Positions 54,945 to 64,000 are shown, numbered from the stretch's first letter. The stretch: DNA of 64,000 bases from an uncultured Pseudomonadota bacterium (GCA_902787305.1 CADAFS010000004.1:5582-69581), one strand, 5' to 3'. Program-made: numbers and translations. Notes: a model not told the origin generated them from the letters alone.

Positions 54945-55022
54945 GTGTTAGTGCAAGTGGTTAGTGGTTAGTAAAAAAATACTAACCATCACTAACCACT
55001 AACACTAACCACTAACACTAAA
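54945..55022. repeat. imperfect inverted repeat built from heptamer units (H6) in the rpoB-rpoC spacer
   Basis: gtgttagtgcaagtggttagtggttagt - aaaaaaat - actaaccatcactaaccactaacactaaccactaacactaaac. Confidence 0.8.
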
Positions 55023-55038
55023 CAAGGAGTTTAGAAAA

Positions 55039-58000
55039 ATGGCAAATATGTTGCAAAAGATATTTGGACAAATTGAAACAAGGGAACAATTTGATGCGTT
55101 GCGCGTGACAATTGCATCGCCAGAAGAAATTCTTTCTTGGTCACATGGCGAAGTCACAAAGCCCGAAACCATCAATTATCATTCGTTGAAACCGGAACCG
55201 GATGGATTGTTCTGTCAAAAGATTTTCGGACCCGTCAAAGATTACGAATGTGCGTGTGGAAAGTATAAAAGAATCAAATTCCGCGGTGTTATCTGCGAAC
55301 GTTGCGGGGTCGAAGTTGGTTCTTCGTCTGTTCGTCGTGAACGTATGGGCCATATCAAATTGGCGATGCCGGTCGCACACACATGGTTCTTGCGTGAAGG
55401 TAAAATTGCAACATTGTTAAATAACCTGTCACAAAAGAAATTGGAACAGGTTGTATCATATGATGCATACATTGTTATTGAACCGGGTCTTACGAACCTT
55501 AAACAATACGATGTTATTAGTGAAGATGAATATCGTGCCGCGGTCGAAGAATATGGCCCGGATGCGTTCCGCGTTGGTATCGGTGCCGAAGGCGTGCGCA
55601 GTATTATTGCAAACCTTGACATGGGTGACGAAAGAACACGTCTGCGTGCGGAATTGGCGGAAACTAAATCCGAAGCGAAACGCAAATCTATTATGAAACA
55701 ATTAAAGTTGGTCGAAGCGTTCTTGGATTCCAAAACCGAACCGCAATGGATGTTGCCGGATATTATTCCGGTTATTCCGCCGGATATGCGACCGCTTGTC
55801 ACATTGGATGCGGGACATGTTGCGGCATCTGACTTGAATGATTTGTATCGTCGTGTGATTATCCGCAATAACCGTTTGAAACGGTTTATGGAAATGCATG
55901 CGCCTGAAATCATCGTTCGTAATGAAAAGCGTATGTTGCAAGAAGCGGTCGATTCATTGTTTGACAATGAACACAAGGCGCGTCCGATGGTTTCACAGAA
56001 TCGCCGCCCGCTTAAATCATTGTCGGGTGCTTTGCACGGTAAATCCGGTCGTTTCCGTATGCATATGCTTGGTAAACGTGTGGATTATTCTGGACGCAGT
56101 GTGATTGTGTCCGGCCCATCGTTAAAGATGCATCAGGTTGGCTTGCCCAAGGCGATGGCGTTGGAATTATTCAAACCATTTGTGTTTGCGCGCCTTATGG
56201 CGGGTGATTTCGCCAATACTTTAAAGACCGCACGTAAAATGGTTGAAAACGGCGAACCGGTCGTATGGGATATTTTGGAAAAGGTTATCCACGAACATCC
56301 AGTTTTGTTGAACCGTGCACCGACGTTGCACCGTTTGTCACTTTTGGCATTTGAACCCGTTTTAATCGAAGGCAAGGCAATTCGTTTGCACCCGTTGGTC
56401 TGTGCGGGATTTAACGCCGACTTTGACGGTGACCAAATGGCTGTGCACGTTCCAATTTCATTAGAGGCACAATTAGAAGCACGCACATTGATGCTTTCGA
56501 CCAATAACATTTTGTCGCCGGCAAATGGTCAACCAATGACCGTTCCGTCACAAGACATGGTGTTGGGTATTTACTATATTTCGTTGATTGACGGCGAACA
56601 TACCGATAAATCACCACGGTTTAGCAACATGGACGAAGTCGAAATGGCGTTGGAAAACAAGAGTATCACATTGCATACGCCGATTGTCGCACGTATCAAT
56701 GGTAAAATATACAAAACAACCGCGGGTCGTATGATTATTGGTCAATTGCTGCCGAAATCCGACAATATGCCGTTCGATTTGGTAAACAAGGTTATGGGCC
56801 AACCGGATATCAAGGCGTTGTTGTCAACGACATATGAACGCTGTGGCGACAAGGCGATGATTTTGCTTGCCGATGCGTTAAAGAATACCGGATTTGAACA
56901 GGCGGCACGCAGTGGTATTTCCATTGGATACGAAGATGTCGTCATTCCCGAAGAAAAAGAACAAATGATTGCTGATACCGAAGAGGCCGCAAAAGATATC
57001 GAAGATCAATATCAAAACGGTTTGCTGTCGGCGGGCGAACGTTATAACAAATTGATTGACCTTTGGTCGAAAACGACCGACCGTCTTGGCGATTTGTCGT
57101 TTGCGGCACTTGGTAAATCCGAAGGTGACAATTGGAATTCCATCTATATGATGGCTGATTCCAAGGCGCGTGGTTCCAAACGTCAGATTCAACAGCTTGC
57201 CGGTATGCGTGGTATGATGTCAAAGCCCGACGGTTCGATTATCGAAGTTCCGATTATTTCGAACTTTAAGGAAGGTTTGACCATGGCGGAATACTTTACA
57301 TCAACCCACGGTGCGCGCAAGGGTCTGTCGGACACCGCGTTGAAAACGGCCCAGGCGGGTTATTTGACACGTCGTTTGGTTGATTTGGCATTGAATACCG
57401 TTATTACCGAACACGATTGCGGAACAACTGAATATATTACCGCAAAACCTGTGTACCAGGGCAGTACACTGTCCGTGCCGCTTGGTGATGTTGTTTTGGG
57501 ACGCACCGTGGCGCATGACGTTATTCACCCGATTACCAAGGAAGTTATCGTTCCGGCCGGTGAATTGGTGACCAAGGCCGCCGCACGCAAGATAAACGAA
57601 TCTGGTCTGCCCAGTGTCGATGTGCGCAGTGTCCTTACCTGTTGCAGTGACGGTCTGTGTGCAAAATGCTATGGTATGGATTTGTCGCGTCAATCATTGG
57701 TCCATGTGGGCGAAGCCGTCGGTGTTGTCGCGGGTCAATCCATTGGTGAACCGGGGACACAGTTGACACTTCGTACCTTCCACATCGGTGGTATTGCGTC
57801 GGGCGGAACCGAAAGTCACTATATCGAAGTTCCGGTCGCCGGCAAGATTAAATTGATTGGCGTGAACACAATTAAAAATTCTGCGGGTCGTGTGGTTGTT
57901 CTTTCGCGTAATGGAAAAATCGCGGTTGAATCACCGTCTGGCGAAGAATTGTTTAGTTGCGGTTTGCCGTACGCATCTATGTTGATTGTGAACGAAGGCG

Positions 58001-59148
58001 ACAGTGTTGAAAAGGGTGCCAAGGTTGCCGAATGGGATCCATATTCCAACACAATCATTGCGGAAAAGGATGGTATTGTGAACTTTAACGATTTGGTCGA
58101 AAATGTTTCGTTCCAAGAAGAAGTTGACGCAACAACCGGTATCGTTTCGCGCAAGGTTATAAATTGGAAACTGAACACGAAAAAGGCAATGCAACCCGCA
58201 ATCCGTTTGGTAAATGACAAGGGTGATGTCCTTTCGCTTGGCGGGAAAAAGGTTGCGGAATACTTGTTGCCCATTCATTCGGTTTTGAACGTTGCAAACG
58301 GCGCAACGGTTGCGGCGGGTGATATTTTGGCACGCATCCCGGTTCAGGCAAAGCGTACGGGCGATATTACCGGTGGTTTGCCGCGCGTCGAAGAATTGTT
58401 AGAGGTTCGTCGTCCATCCAACCCGGCATTGCTTGCGGAAATCGATGGGACGGTCGAATTGGAAGATGCAAAATCAAAAATCATTATCCGTATTGAACCC
58501 GATGACGGAACCGCGCCGGTCGAATATGCGGTGCCAAAGGGAACAAACCTGTTGGTGCGCAGTGGCGATGTCGTCAAAAAGGCGGATAAATTGGTCGATG
58601 GTGACCCGGTCCCGCAAGATATCTTGCGTATTTTGGGGCAAAAGGCACTTGCGACATTTATGGTTGAACAAATTCAACAGGTTTACCGGCTTCAGGGTGT
58701 GTCCATCAACGATAAACATATCGAAATTTTGATTCGTGAAATGACGCGTCGTGTGGAAATCACCGACCCCGGCGACACAAGTTTCCTGACCGGACACGTT
58801 GTTGACCGCGTTGATTTCGAAGAAGAAAACGCGCGTGTTGTCCACGATGGTGGTCGCCCGGCAACCGCGTCCCAGGTTCTGGTTGGTCTTACCCGTGCGT
58901 CGCTTACCACACGGTCGTTCATATCGAATGCGTCGTTCCAACAAACGACCAAGGTTTTGGTGGATGCGGCAATCAATGGTTCAACCGATAAATTGGTTGG
59001 TATAAATGAAAACGTGATTGTCGGTCGTCTTATTCCGATTGGAACGGGCGCATACGTCCGTCGCGTTCGCGAAATTGCGCGGGCCGAAGAAAAGGCCGAA
59101 CGCATCGCACGTGAAGGTGGCGAAAACCAACAATTGCTGGACTTATAG
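55039..59148 (+). CDS. rpoC: DNA-directed RNA polymerase subunit beta'
   Basis: Zn finger CACGKYKRIKFRGVICERCGVEV; catalytic NADFDGDQMAVH. Confidence 0.97.
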   Translation: MANMLQKIFGQIETREQFDALRVTIASPEEILSWSHGEVTKPETINYHSLKPEPDGLFCQKIFGPVKDYECACGKYKRIKFRGVICERCGVEVGSSSVRRERMGHIKLAMPVAHTWFLREGKIATLLNNLSQKKLEQVVSYDAYIVIEPGLTNLKQYDVISEDEYRAAVEEYGPDAFRVGIGAEGVRSIIANLDMGDERTRLRAELAETKSEAKRKSIMKQLKLVEAFLDSKTEPQWMLPDIIPVIPPDMRPLVTLDAGHVAASDLNDLYRRVIIRNNRLKRFMEMHAPEIIVRNEKRMLQEAVDSLFDNEHKARPMVSQNRRPLKSLSGALHGKSGRFRMHMLGKRVDYSGRSVIVSGPSLKMHQVGLPKAMALELFKPFVFARLMAGDFANTLKTARKMVENGEPVVWDILEKVIHEHPVLLNRAPTLHRLSLLAFEPVLIEGKAIRLHPLVCAGFNADFDGDQMAVHVPISLEAQLEARTLMLSTNNILSPANGQPMTVPSQDMVLGIYYISLIDGEHTDKSPRFSNMDEVEMALENKSITLHTPIVARINGKIYKTTAGRMIIGQLLPKSDNMPFDLVNKVMGQPDIKALLSTTYERCGDKAMILLADALKNTGFEQAARSGISIGYEDVVIPEEKEQMIADTEEAAKDIEDQYQNGLLSAGERYNKLIDLWSKTTDRLGDLSFAALGKSEGDNWNSIYMMADSKARGSKRQIQQLAGMRGMMSKPDGSIIEVPIISNFKEGLTMAEYFTSTHGARKGLSDTALKTAQAGYLTRRLVDLALNTVITEHDCGTTEYITAKPVYQGSTLSVPLGDVVLGRTVAHDVIHPITKEVIVPAGELVTKAAARKINESGLPSVDVRSVLTCCSDGLCAKCYGMDLSRQSLVHVGEAVGVVAGQSIGEPGTQLTLRTFHIGGIASGGTESHYIEVPVAGKIKLIGVNTIKNSAGRVVVLSRNGKIAVESPSGEELFSCGLPYASMLIVNEGDSVEKGAKVAEWDPYSNTIIAEKDGIVNFNDLVENVSFQEEVDATTGIVSRKVINWKLNTKKAMQPAIRLVNDKGDVLSLGGKKVAEYLLPIHSVLNVANGATVAAGDILARIPVQAKRTGDITGGLPRVEELLEVRRPSNPALLAEIDGTVELEDAKSKIIIRIEPDDGTAPVEYAVPKGTNLLVRSGDVVKKADKLVDGDPVPQDILRILGQKALATFMVEQIQQVYRLQGVSINDKHIEILIREMTRRVEITDPGDTSFLTGHVVDRVDFEEENARVVHDGGRPATASQVLVGLTRASLTTRSFISNASFQQTTKVLVDAAINGSTDKLVGINENVIVGRLIPIGTGAYVRRVREIARAEEKAERIAREGGENQQLLDL

Positions 59149-59152
59149 GGGA

Positions 59153-59316
59153 ATGTGAAAGTTCCCCTCCTGCGGAGGGGTGGACGCGAAGCGGACGGGG
59201 TGGTCTTTTCACCAAGCCTGGGCAAAGCCCTGGCGCAGTCTCGGCGTAGTCGCGTCACCGCCGTGCGGTGACGGACGAAGACGGATAACCACCAACACTT
59301 ACACTAATCACTAACA
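59153..59316. repeat. hairpin-mosaic element E5 plus heptamer array (H7)
   Basis: aagttcccctcc-tgc-ggaggggtg and ccagggc-type hairpins. An 83-bp block is shared with E3. Ends in accaacacttacactaatcactaaca. Confidence 0.85.
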
Positions 59317-59383
59317 ATTTTTTTCCTTGCAAATGGGCAAGAATTGGATAGAATTAACAACTGTCGAATAAAAGGATAGAAAA

Positions 59384-59533
59384 ATGGCAACGCCAAGAAG
59401 TAAAACAAGTAAAGCACGCAGCGCACAACGTCGTTCACATGATGCATTATCTGTGATGCCATGTGGCGTGTGCAAAACATGTGGCGAAAAGAAACGTCCA
59501 CATCACATTTGCCCGGCTTGCGGTGCAAAATAA
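59384..59533 (+). CDS. rpmF: 50S ribosomal protein L32
   Basis: 49-aa ORF, too short for the ORF track: MATPRSKTSKARSAQRRSHDAL...CGVCKTCGEKKRPHHICPACG. Lies upstream of plsX as usual. Confidence 0.85.
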   Translation: MATPRSKTSKARSAQRRSHDALSVMPCGVCKTCGEKKRPHHICPACGAK

Positions 59534-59590
59534 TAAACAAAATATATGCAGATTGGGCGCATTCGTGTGCCCTTCTGTATTTCTAAAACA

Positions 59591-60652
59591 ATGTCCGACA
59601 ACGATAAAAAAATTATTGCGATTGATGCGATGGGCGGCGACCGTGGGCCGGCCGCGGTTCTTGGTGGTATAAATCAGTTTTTATATCAACACGGTGAATC
59701 GCACACTTTTTTTCGTATCTTTGGCGATGAAAAATTGTTGCGCAAATTGCTTGCGAAATATCCGCGTGTTGCGCGTAATTCCACGGTGATTGATGCGCCG
59801 GATGTTATTCGTGGCACGGATAAAATTCGCGATGTAATCCGCCATGCGCAAAACACTTCGATGTATATGGCGATAAAGGACGTGCGCGAAGGGAACGCTG
59901 CCGCGGTGGTCAGTTCCGGGAACACCGGCGTTTTAATGTCGCTTTCGAAACTTGCACTCAAGACCGTTGATGGGATTTCGCGCCCGGCGATTACGACAAT
60001 GTTGCCGTCGGGGGCGGGCGATTCACGTGTGGTCGTGCTTGATTTGGGCGCAAATGTACAATGTGATGCGGAAAACCTGTTTGACTTTGCGGTCTTGGGC
60101 AGTGTTTATGCCGAAATCATCGGTAAAATGTCGCGGCCAAAACTGGGGGTGCTAAATATCGGTGAAGAAGAAACCAAGGGCAACGAAACATTGCAACACA
60201 TAAACAAATTGCTGACCGCGCACCGTGCGGAATTACCGTTCGAATACCTTGGGTTTGTGGAACCGACGGACATCAGTGCCGGCCGGGTCCAGGTTGTAGT
60301 CACCGATGGATTTACCGGCAACATCGTTTTGAAAACTGTCGAAGGCACGGCGAAACTTATCAAACGCGTTATATCTGAAAATATGAAGAAATCGTGGCTT
60401 GCGATAATCGGCGCGTTTTTCCTGGTCCATGTGTTCAAACGGTTAAAACATAAAATCGATCCGCGTTCCTATGCGGGCGCAACATTTTTGGGGTTAAAGG
60501 GTTTTGTTGTTAAAACACACGGAAATTCAGATGCGCTGGCGTTCGCAAACGCGATACAATACGCGTCTGAATTCGCAAAGAAAGATTTGAACGATATAAT
60601 CGGCGGCCGTGTTGCGAACCTGGGCCACATCCGCGCAGAACTTGCGGAATAA
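59591..60652 (+). CDS. plsX: phosphate acyltransferase PlsX
   Basis: ATG 59591; IAIDAMGGD and GFTGNIVLK motifs. Confidence 0.9.
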   Translation: MSDNDKKIIAIDAMGGDRGPAAVLGGINQFLYQHGESHTFFRIFGDEKLLRKLLAKYPRVARNSTVIDAPDVIRGTDKIRDVIRHAQNTSMYMAIKDVREGNAAAVVSSGNTGVLMSLSKLALKTVDGISRPAITTMLPSGAGDSRVVVLDLGANVQCDAENLFDFAVLGSVYAEIIGKMSRPKLGVLNIGEEETKGNETLQHINKLLTAHRAELPFEYLGFVEPTDISAGRVQVVVTDGFTGNIVLKTVEGTAKLIKRVISENMKKSWLAIIGAFFLVHVFKRLKHKIDPRSYAGATFLGLKGFVVKTHGNSDALAFANAIQYASEFAKKDLNDIIGGRVANLGHIRAELAE

Positions 60653-60705
60653 AATTTACTGATTTGGTGGGATATAAACACTTGTGTTATACGTTGTAAC
60701 AACCT

Positions 60706-61656
60706 TTACATATCAGGCCCGGCGGTAAATGTTCCGGTTCCGGCGTTTTCTTTAAATGTTCCGCTTACGGTATCATACATACCTAACACATCGTCGCTGT
60801 TACGACGCGCGGGGACAAGGTTTTGGACCAAGTTCCCATTTTCATTAATGCGCCATGAATATACATAACCTTCAAACCTAAAATATGCGTCGCCACCAAT
60901 CCATAACGGATTAGTGCCAGAAAAATCAGGAACATCACCATTGTATGAATATCCTGTATTATCAAACGTCACACCATTTCTGTTTTGAATAATTTTATGT
61001 TTCGTATTCAAAGAAGTTGTAAAAATGGTGCTTCGCCCGTTCATATTGGCGGTCCCGCCACTACCATTAATATTGTAATACATTCCATTAAAAGACGAAG
61101 TTGACCCCGATGTGCTGTATGCCATTTTACTGCCAGCTTTGGCCAACATTTCCATTTGTAGTTCTGTATTAGAAGACGGAAGAACTTCGGTATTAATCCA
61201 CTGGTTTCCTGTAAATTCAATGTATTCAAGATGTGTATAACCACTTGGTAACATATCCCCATACGCTGTTTGATCGACGATGGTCCACAGGGTGCAGGCC
61301 GGGCTGTTCGCGCATTCCAATTTTGTTGTTGGGGTTGTTGGTAAATTCGTAAATGTCGCATTTAACGCCGATGCGGTAATAAGTTTATCGCCGTCTGTGC
61401 TTGCATCATAATTGCTGATGTCCGAATACAGGCCGCGTTCACCAATTTGGCCATTTCCGGTCGCGGTATACGTCATTACCGTTTCACCCGCACCAACATT
61501 CGGTTGACCCGCCGCGGGGATTTTTAACTGCTTCGTTTCTATCTTCGTATCAACATACGCCTTTGATGCAACGGTTTTCATATCATCTTCGGCATGCGCA
61601 ACATTGGTTATCGCAGTAATCACAAATATCAATGCCAATAATATCTTTTTTAACAT
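60706..61656 (-). CDS. KAYVD-family exported fibre-like protein C with a globular C-terminal domain
   Basis: Signal peptide ...ITNVAHA, KTVASKAYVDTKIETKQLKIPAAG and neck CANSPACTLWTI. These are followed by LEYIEFTGNQWINT...LGMYDTVSGTFKENAGTGTFTAGP. Confidence 0.75.
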   Translation of the reverse strand: MLKKILLALIFVITAITNVAHAEDDMKTVASKAYVDTKIETKQLKIPAAGQPNVGAGETVMTYTATGNGQIGERGLYSDISNYDASTDGDKLITASALNATFTNLPTTPTTKLECANSPACTLWTIVDQTAYGDMLPSGYTHLEYIEFTGNQWINTEVLPSSNTELQMEMLAKAGSKMAYSTSGSTSSFNGMYYNINGSGGTANMNGRSTIFTTSLNTKHKIIQNRNGVTFDNTGYSYNGDVPDFSGTNPLWIGGDAYFRFEGYVYSWRINENGNLVQNLVPARRNSDDVLGMYDTVSGTFKENAGTGTFTAGPDM

Positions 61657-61697
61657 ATCCTTTCCCCCCGTTCACACGTTATGTTTTTTAATTGCCA

Positions 61698-62147
61698 CTA
61701 ATTACTAGTCCCGGTATTACTGTTACTATTATTACCGTTGCTGTTTCTGCCATATACTTGTTGATCTTCAATGGTCCATAAACTGCATGTACCCGGATTC
61801 GCACAGGTCAATTTTGATGTTTCCATTGTGGGCAAGCTTGTGACACTGCCCTTTAATGCCGATGCGGTCACCAATTTATTTCCGTCCGTTCCCGCGGTAT
61901 AACTTGTTGGGTCACTGTATATCCCGCGTTCACCGATTGTTCCGTTTCCAGTTGTTGTATACATCACAACCGCCGTTCCGGCGTTCGCGCTGTTTGTTCC
62001 CGCGGCCGGGATTTTTTCTTGTCGTGTTTCAACCGATGTATCAACGTATGCCTTGGACGATACAGTCTTACGGTCGGTTGATGTCGTTTCCGCATACGCG
62101 GTGCCAATCATAACAATTCCGCACAACAATAAATTTCCGATTCGCAT
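61698..62147 (-). CDS. KAYVD-family exported fibre-like protein D (stalk and neck only, N/S tail)
   Basis: SD aaggagag; signal ...GTAYA, KTVSSKAYVDTSVETRQEKIPAAG, neck CANPGTCSLWTI. Ends in NSNGNNSNSNTGTSN. Confidence 0.7.
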   Translation of the reverse strand: MRIGNLLLCGIVMIGTAYAETTSTDRKTVSSKAYVDTSVETRQEKIPAAGTNSANAGTAVVMYTTTGNGTIGERGIYSDPTSYTAGTDGNKLVTASALKGSVTSLPTMETSKLTCANPGTCSLWTIEDQQVYGRNSNGNNSNSNTGTSN

Positions 62148-62195
62148 GATTTACTCTCCTTTTCCTTTGATTTACTTGCATACAAATTCGCTGAT

Positions 62196-62341
62196 AAAAG
62201 TGTAACAAAAACCAAGGTTTTTTTTATACACTTTTGGTTAAAAAACCAAAATCCGTAAGTCATTGATTTTACAATAAATAAAAATTTTGGATTTTTGAAA
62301 AAAAGTGTTGACTAAAAACCTTGGTTTTTTTCAACACTTTT
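62196..62341. repeat. two related nested palindromes (62196-62235 and 62301-62341)
   Basis: aaaagtgta..aaaaac-caag-gttttt..tacactttt and aaaagtgttga..aaaaac-cttg-gttttt..tcaacactttt, about 105 bp apart, between nrdG and fibre gene D. Confidence 0.7.
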
Positions 62342-62532
62342 CATCCCCAGCAACCCCACGAATTCCGCGGGTTTGCGTAAAATCCACCACCCCAAAAAAG
62401 CACCCCAAAAAATCAATTTTGGATGCCACTTATTCTTGATAAAAATACAAAAGACCGTTACCATAATCGGTGCTATTAAATTTGATAAAAATGTTCATGT
62501 TTTTACAGACCCCTGTGGAAAGGTGATTTGCC

Positions 62533-63234
62533 CTATTCCCGCCAAACTACATTTTCAAACATGGAATTTATTTCGTTGCGGATGGTATCATCGTTAAAAA
62601 ACGCGCCACGCATCGCGGGGGTTGTTTTATGTTCGTCGTCTTCAAAGTGTGGAATATATTTTTGCACCGCAAAGTTTTTAAATCCGCGCGCCGACACATC
62701 GCGCGCAATGTTCAATAAATCGTCCGTTGTCACATATCGTGGGTCACAGGTGATGCGAACCTCCGCATCCTTGCCCGTCTTTGCCCATACGTCCAAACTT
62801 TGCAGCAACCGGTCGTATGCGATATTTATTCCGGTCAATTTTTCGTAATTCGTTTTGGTTGCCTTGTAATCAATACCAATCCAATCAATCAAATCCGCGG
62901 CCGCCGCCAATCTTTCGGGATAAAATCCATTTGTGTGCAGGCCGATTGCAAACCCCAAATCGCGCACGCGTCGCATATAGTCGATTGTCGCGTCGCCCTG
63001 CATCAATGCTTCGCCACCGGAAAAAACAACGCCCTCTAACTTTCCAATGCGGGTACGCAGCCAATCAAAAACCTTGTCCGCATCGTATTCGCCGGGGGCG
63101 ACATCAATCAGATGCGGGTTGGAACAATACGCACAACGCAATGGGCAACCGACCAAGAACAAAACCGCCGCCAATTTACCCGGGAAATCAATCGTTGTGA
63201 ACGATACCAACCCGCCAATCTGAACAGTATTCAT
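62533..63234 (-). CDS. nrdG: anaerobic ribonucleotide reductase activating protein (radical SAM)
   Basis: Start at ATG 63234 (MNTVQIGGL), 3 nt after the preceding stop; CPLRCAYCSNP cluster. Confidence 0.85.
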   Translation of the reverse strand: MNTVQIGGLVSFTTIDFPGKLAAVLFLVGCPLRCAYCSNPHLIDVAPGEYDADKVFDWLRTRIGKLEGVVFSGGEALMQGDATIDYMRRVRDLGFAIGLHTNGFYPERLAAAADLIDWIGIDYKATKTNYEKLTGINIAYDRLLQSLDVWAKTGKDAEVRITCDPRYVTTDDLLNIARDVSARGFKNFAVQKYIPHFEDDEHKTTPAMRGAFFNDDTIRNEINSMFENVVWRE

Positions 63235-63236
63235 TT

Positions 63237-63422
63237 TTACGCGGCCTTTTTCATCAATTCGGCGTGCCGTGCGCCGGTCGTCAAACAGTTGCATTCGGTG
63301 AACGTCTTGCGTTCGCAGAATTCAGAATATTTCCCGATGTTGAAATTTTTTGTCGGGCGAATAAATCCCATGCTGCGTGAAAATACTTCGCAAGGTGTTC
63401 TTTGTTGTTGGTTAGCAATCAT
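63237..63422 (-). CDS. stand-alone glycyl-radical segment of anaerobic ribonucleotide reductase
   Basis: 61-aa ORF with its own SD (aaaggagag). EVFSRSMGFIRPTKNFNIGKYSEFCERK matches the NrdD C-terminal RxxGYxxP..(F/W)NxGKxxExxxR glycyl-radical motif. Confidence 0.7.
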   Translation of the reverse strand: MIANQQQRTPCEVFSRSMGFIRPTKNFNIGKYSEFCERKTFTECNCLTTGARHAELMKKAA

Positions 63423-63467
63423 GTTTCTCTCCTTTCTTTTTTTATATTGCTTTTTTGGTTCTTGTTT

Positions 63468-64000
63468 TTATGCCTTGTTTGACACTTCATCTGGCGTTAT
63501 GCCAAGTTCGGCGTCGCACTTTGGGCAAAATTCATGCCGGCCTGGCAAATACCCGTGCTTTGGACATATTGAAAATGTCGGGGTAAGTGTCATGTACGGA
63601 ATCTTGTAGTTTTCGAATATCGTGCGGACGATTTTCTGGGCCGCTTCACCACTGGATACCGGTTCGCCCATATAAAGGTGCAACATTGTGCCACCGGTAT
63701 ATTTACGTTGCAATTCTTCCTGGTGTTCCAATGCGACAAACGGGTCGTCGGTAAAGTTCACCGGCAATTGCGTTGAATTCGTGTAATACGGTGCATCACG
63801 CGTGCCGGCGGTGATGATATCCGGGAAATTTTTAACATCGGTTTTTGCAAAGCGATACGAACAACCTTCGGCCGGCGTTGCCTCTAAGTTATAAAGGTTG
63901 CCGGTTTCTTCTTGGAACTTTACAAGTTTTTCACGCATAAAGTCCATTAGGTCCAACACAAGTTTTTTGCCGTACGGGGTTGCGATGTTTTCCTTGCCAT
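63468..64000 (-). CDS. nrdD: anaerobic ribonucleoside-triphosphate reductase large chain, C-terminal part (5' end outside the window)
   Basis: YNLEATPAEG..., HLYMGE and the Zn-ribbon-like ICPKHGYLPGRHEFCPKC. The ORF is open to the window edge and stops at 63468, before the glycyl-radical motif. Confidence 0.8.
   Translation of the reverse strand, partial: GKENIATPYGKKLVLDLMDFMREKLVKFQEETGNLYNLEATPAEGCSYRFAKTDVKNFPDIITAGTRDAPYYTNSTQLPVNFTDDPFVALEHQEELQRKYTGGTMLHLYMGEPVSSGEAAQKIVRTIFENYKIPYMTLTPTFSICPKHGYLPGRHEFCPKCDAELGITPDEVSNKA

Noticed and set aside
50989-59005. Numerous 60-240-aa antisense or out-of-frame ORFs inside rpoB and rpoC, with similar cases inside gyrA, the ABC exporter, virB9/10 and the VirB6 array
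   Set aside because: These are shadow ORFs within strongly supported long genes, with no independent start signals.
62373-62597. 74-aa plus-strand ORF downstream of nrdG
   Set aside because: It overlaps the nrdG 3' end antisense, is basic and low-complexity, and has no SD.

Overview
This 64-kb window looks bacterial and, judging by the L7/L12 sequence, the tRNA-Trp-secE-nusG-rplKAJL-rpoBC order and the lptG-lptD-surA synteny, probably belongs to an alphaproteobacterium-like lineage; that placement is from recall, not a search. The backbone is housekeeping: dnaQ, a UvrD-type helicase, rpmE, rpmH, gyrA, lptD, rlmN, recR, rsmA, lspA, yidC, rpmF-plsX, nrdDG and four tRNAs. Embedded in it is a scattered, Rickettsiales-style type IV secretion system. 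It has five tandem or divergent VirB6/TrbL-like paralogues (2.9-9.5 kb) and a virB8-virB9-virB10 operon (39.7-44.5 kb). VirB9 in that operon ends in a SPOR domain, and VirB10 carries a 216-aa C-terminal extension with 12 Cys. The most interesting signal is a family of four Sec-exported, tail-fibre-like modular proteins (A 11.7 kb, B 44.8 kb, C and D 60.7-62.1 kb). They share a post-signal KTVxSKAYVD motif and a two-Cys ...LW neck, followed by interchangeable C-terminal heads. B sits divergently next to virB8-10 and ends in a conotoxin-like six-Cys knot. A has a palindromic mosaic element inserted in frame inside its signal peptide. Other notable items are a genome-wide family of hairpin-mosaic (REP/RPE/MITE-like) elements with compensatory stem changes, dispersed CACTAAC/CACTTAC heptamer arrays, and an nrdD whose glycyl-radical segment is a separate 61-aa ORF with its own Shine-Dalgarno (SD) site. 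There is also a small AT-rich Fic islet bracketed by a 42-bp repeat that overlaps the tRNA-Tyr 3' end. All family assignments come from motifs read by eye; no searches were run.
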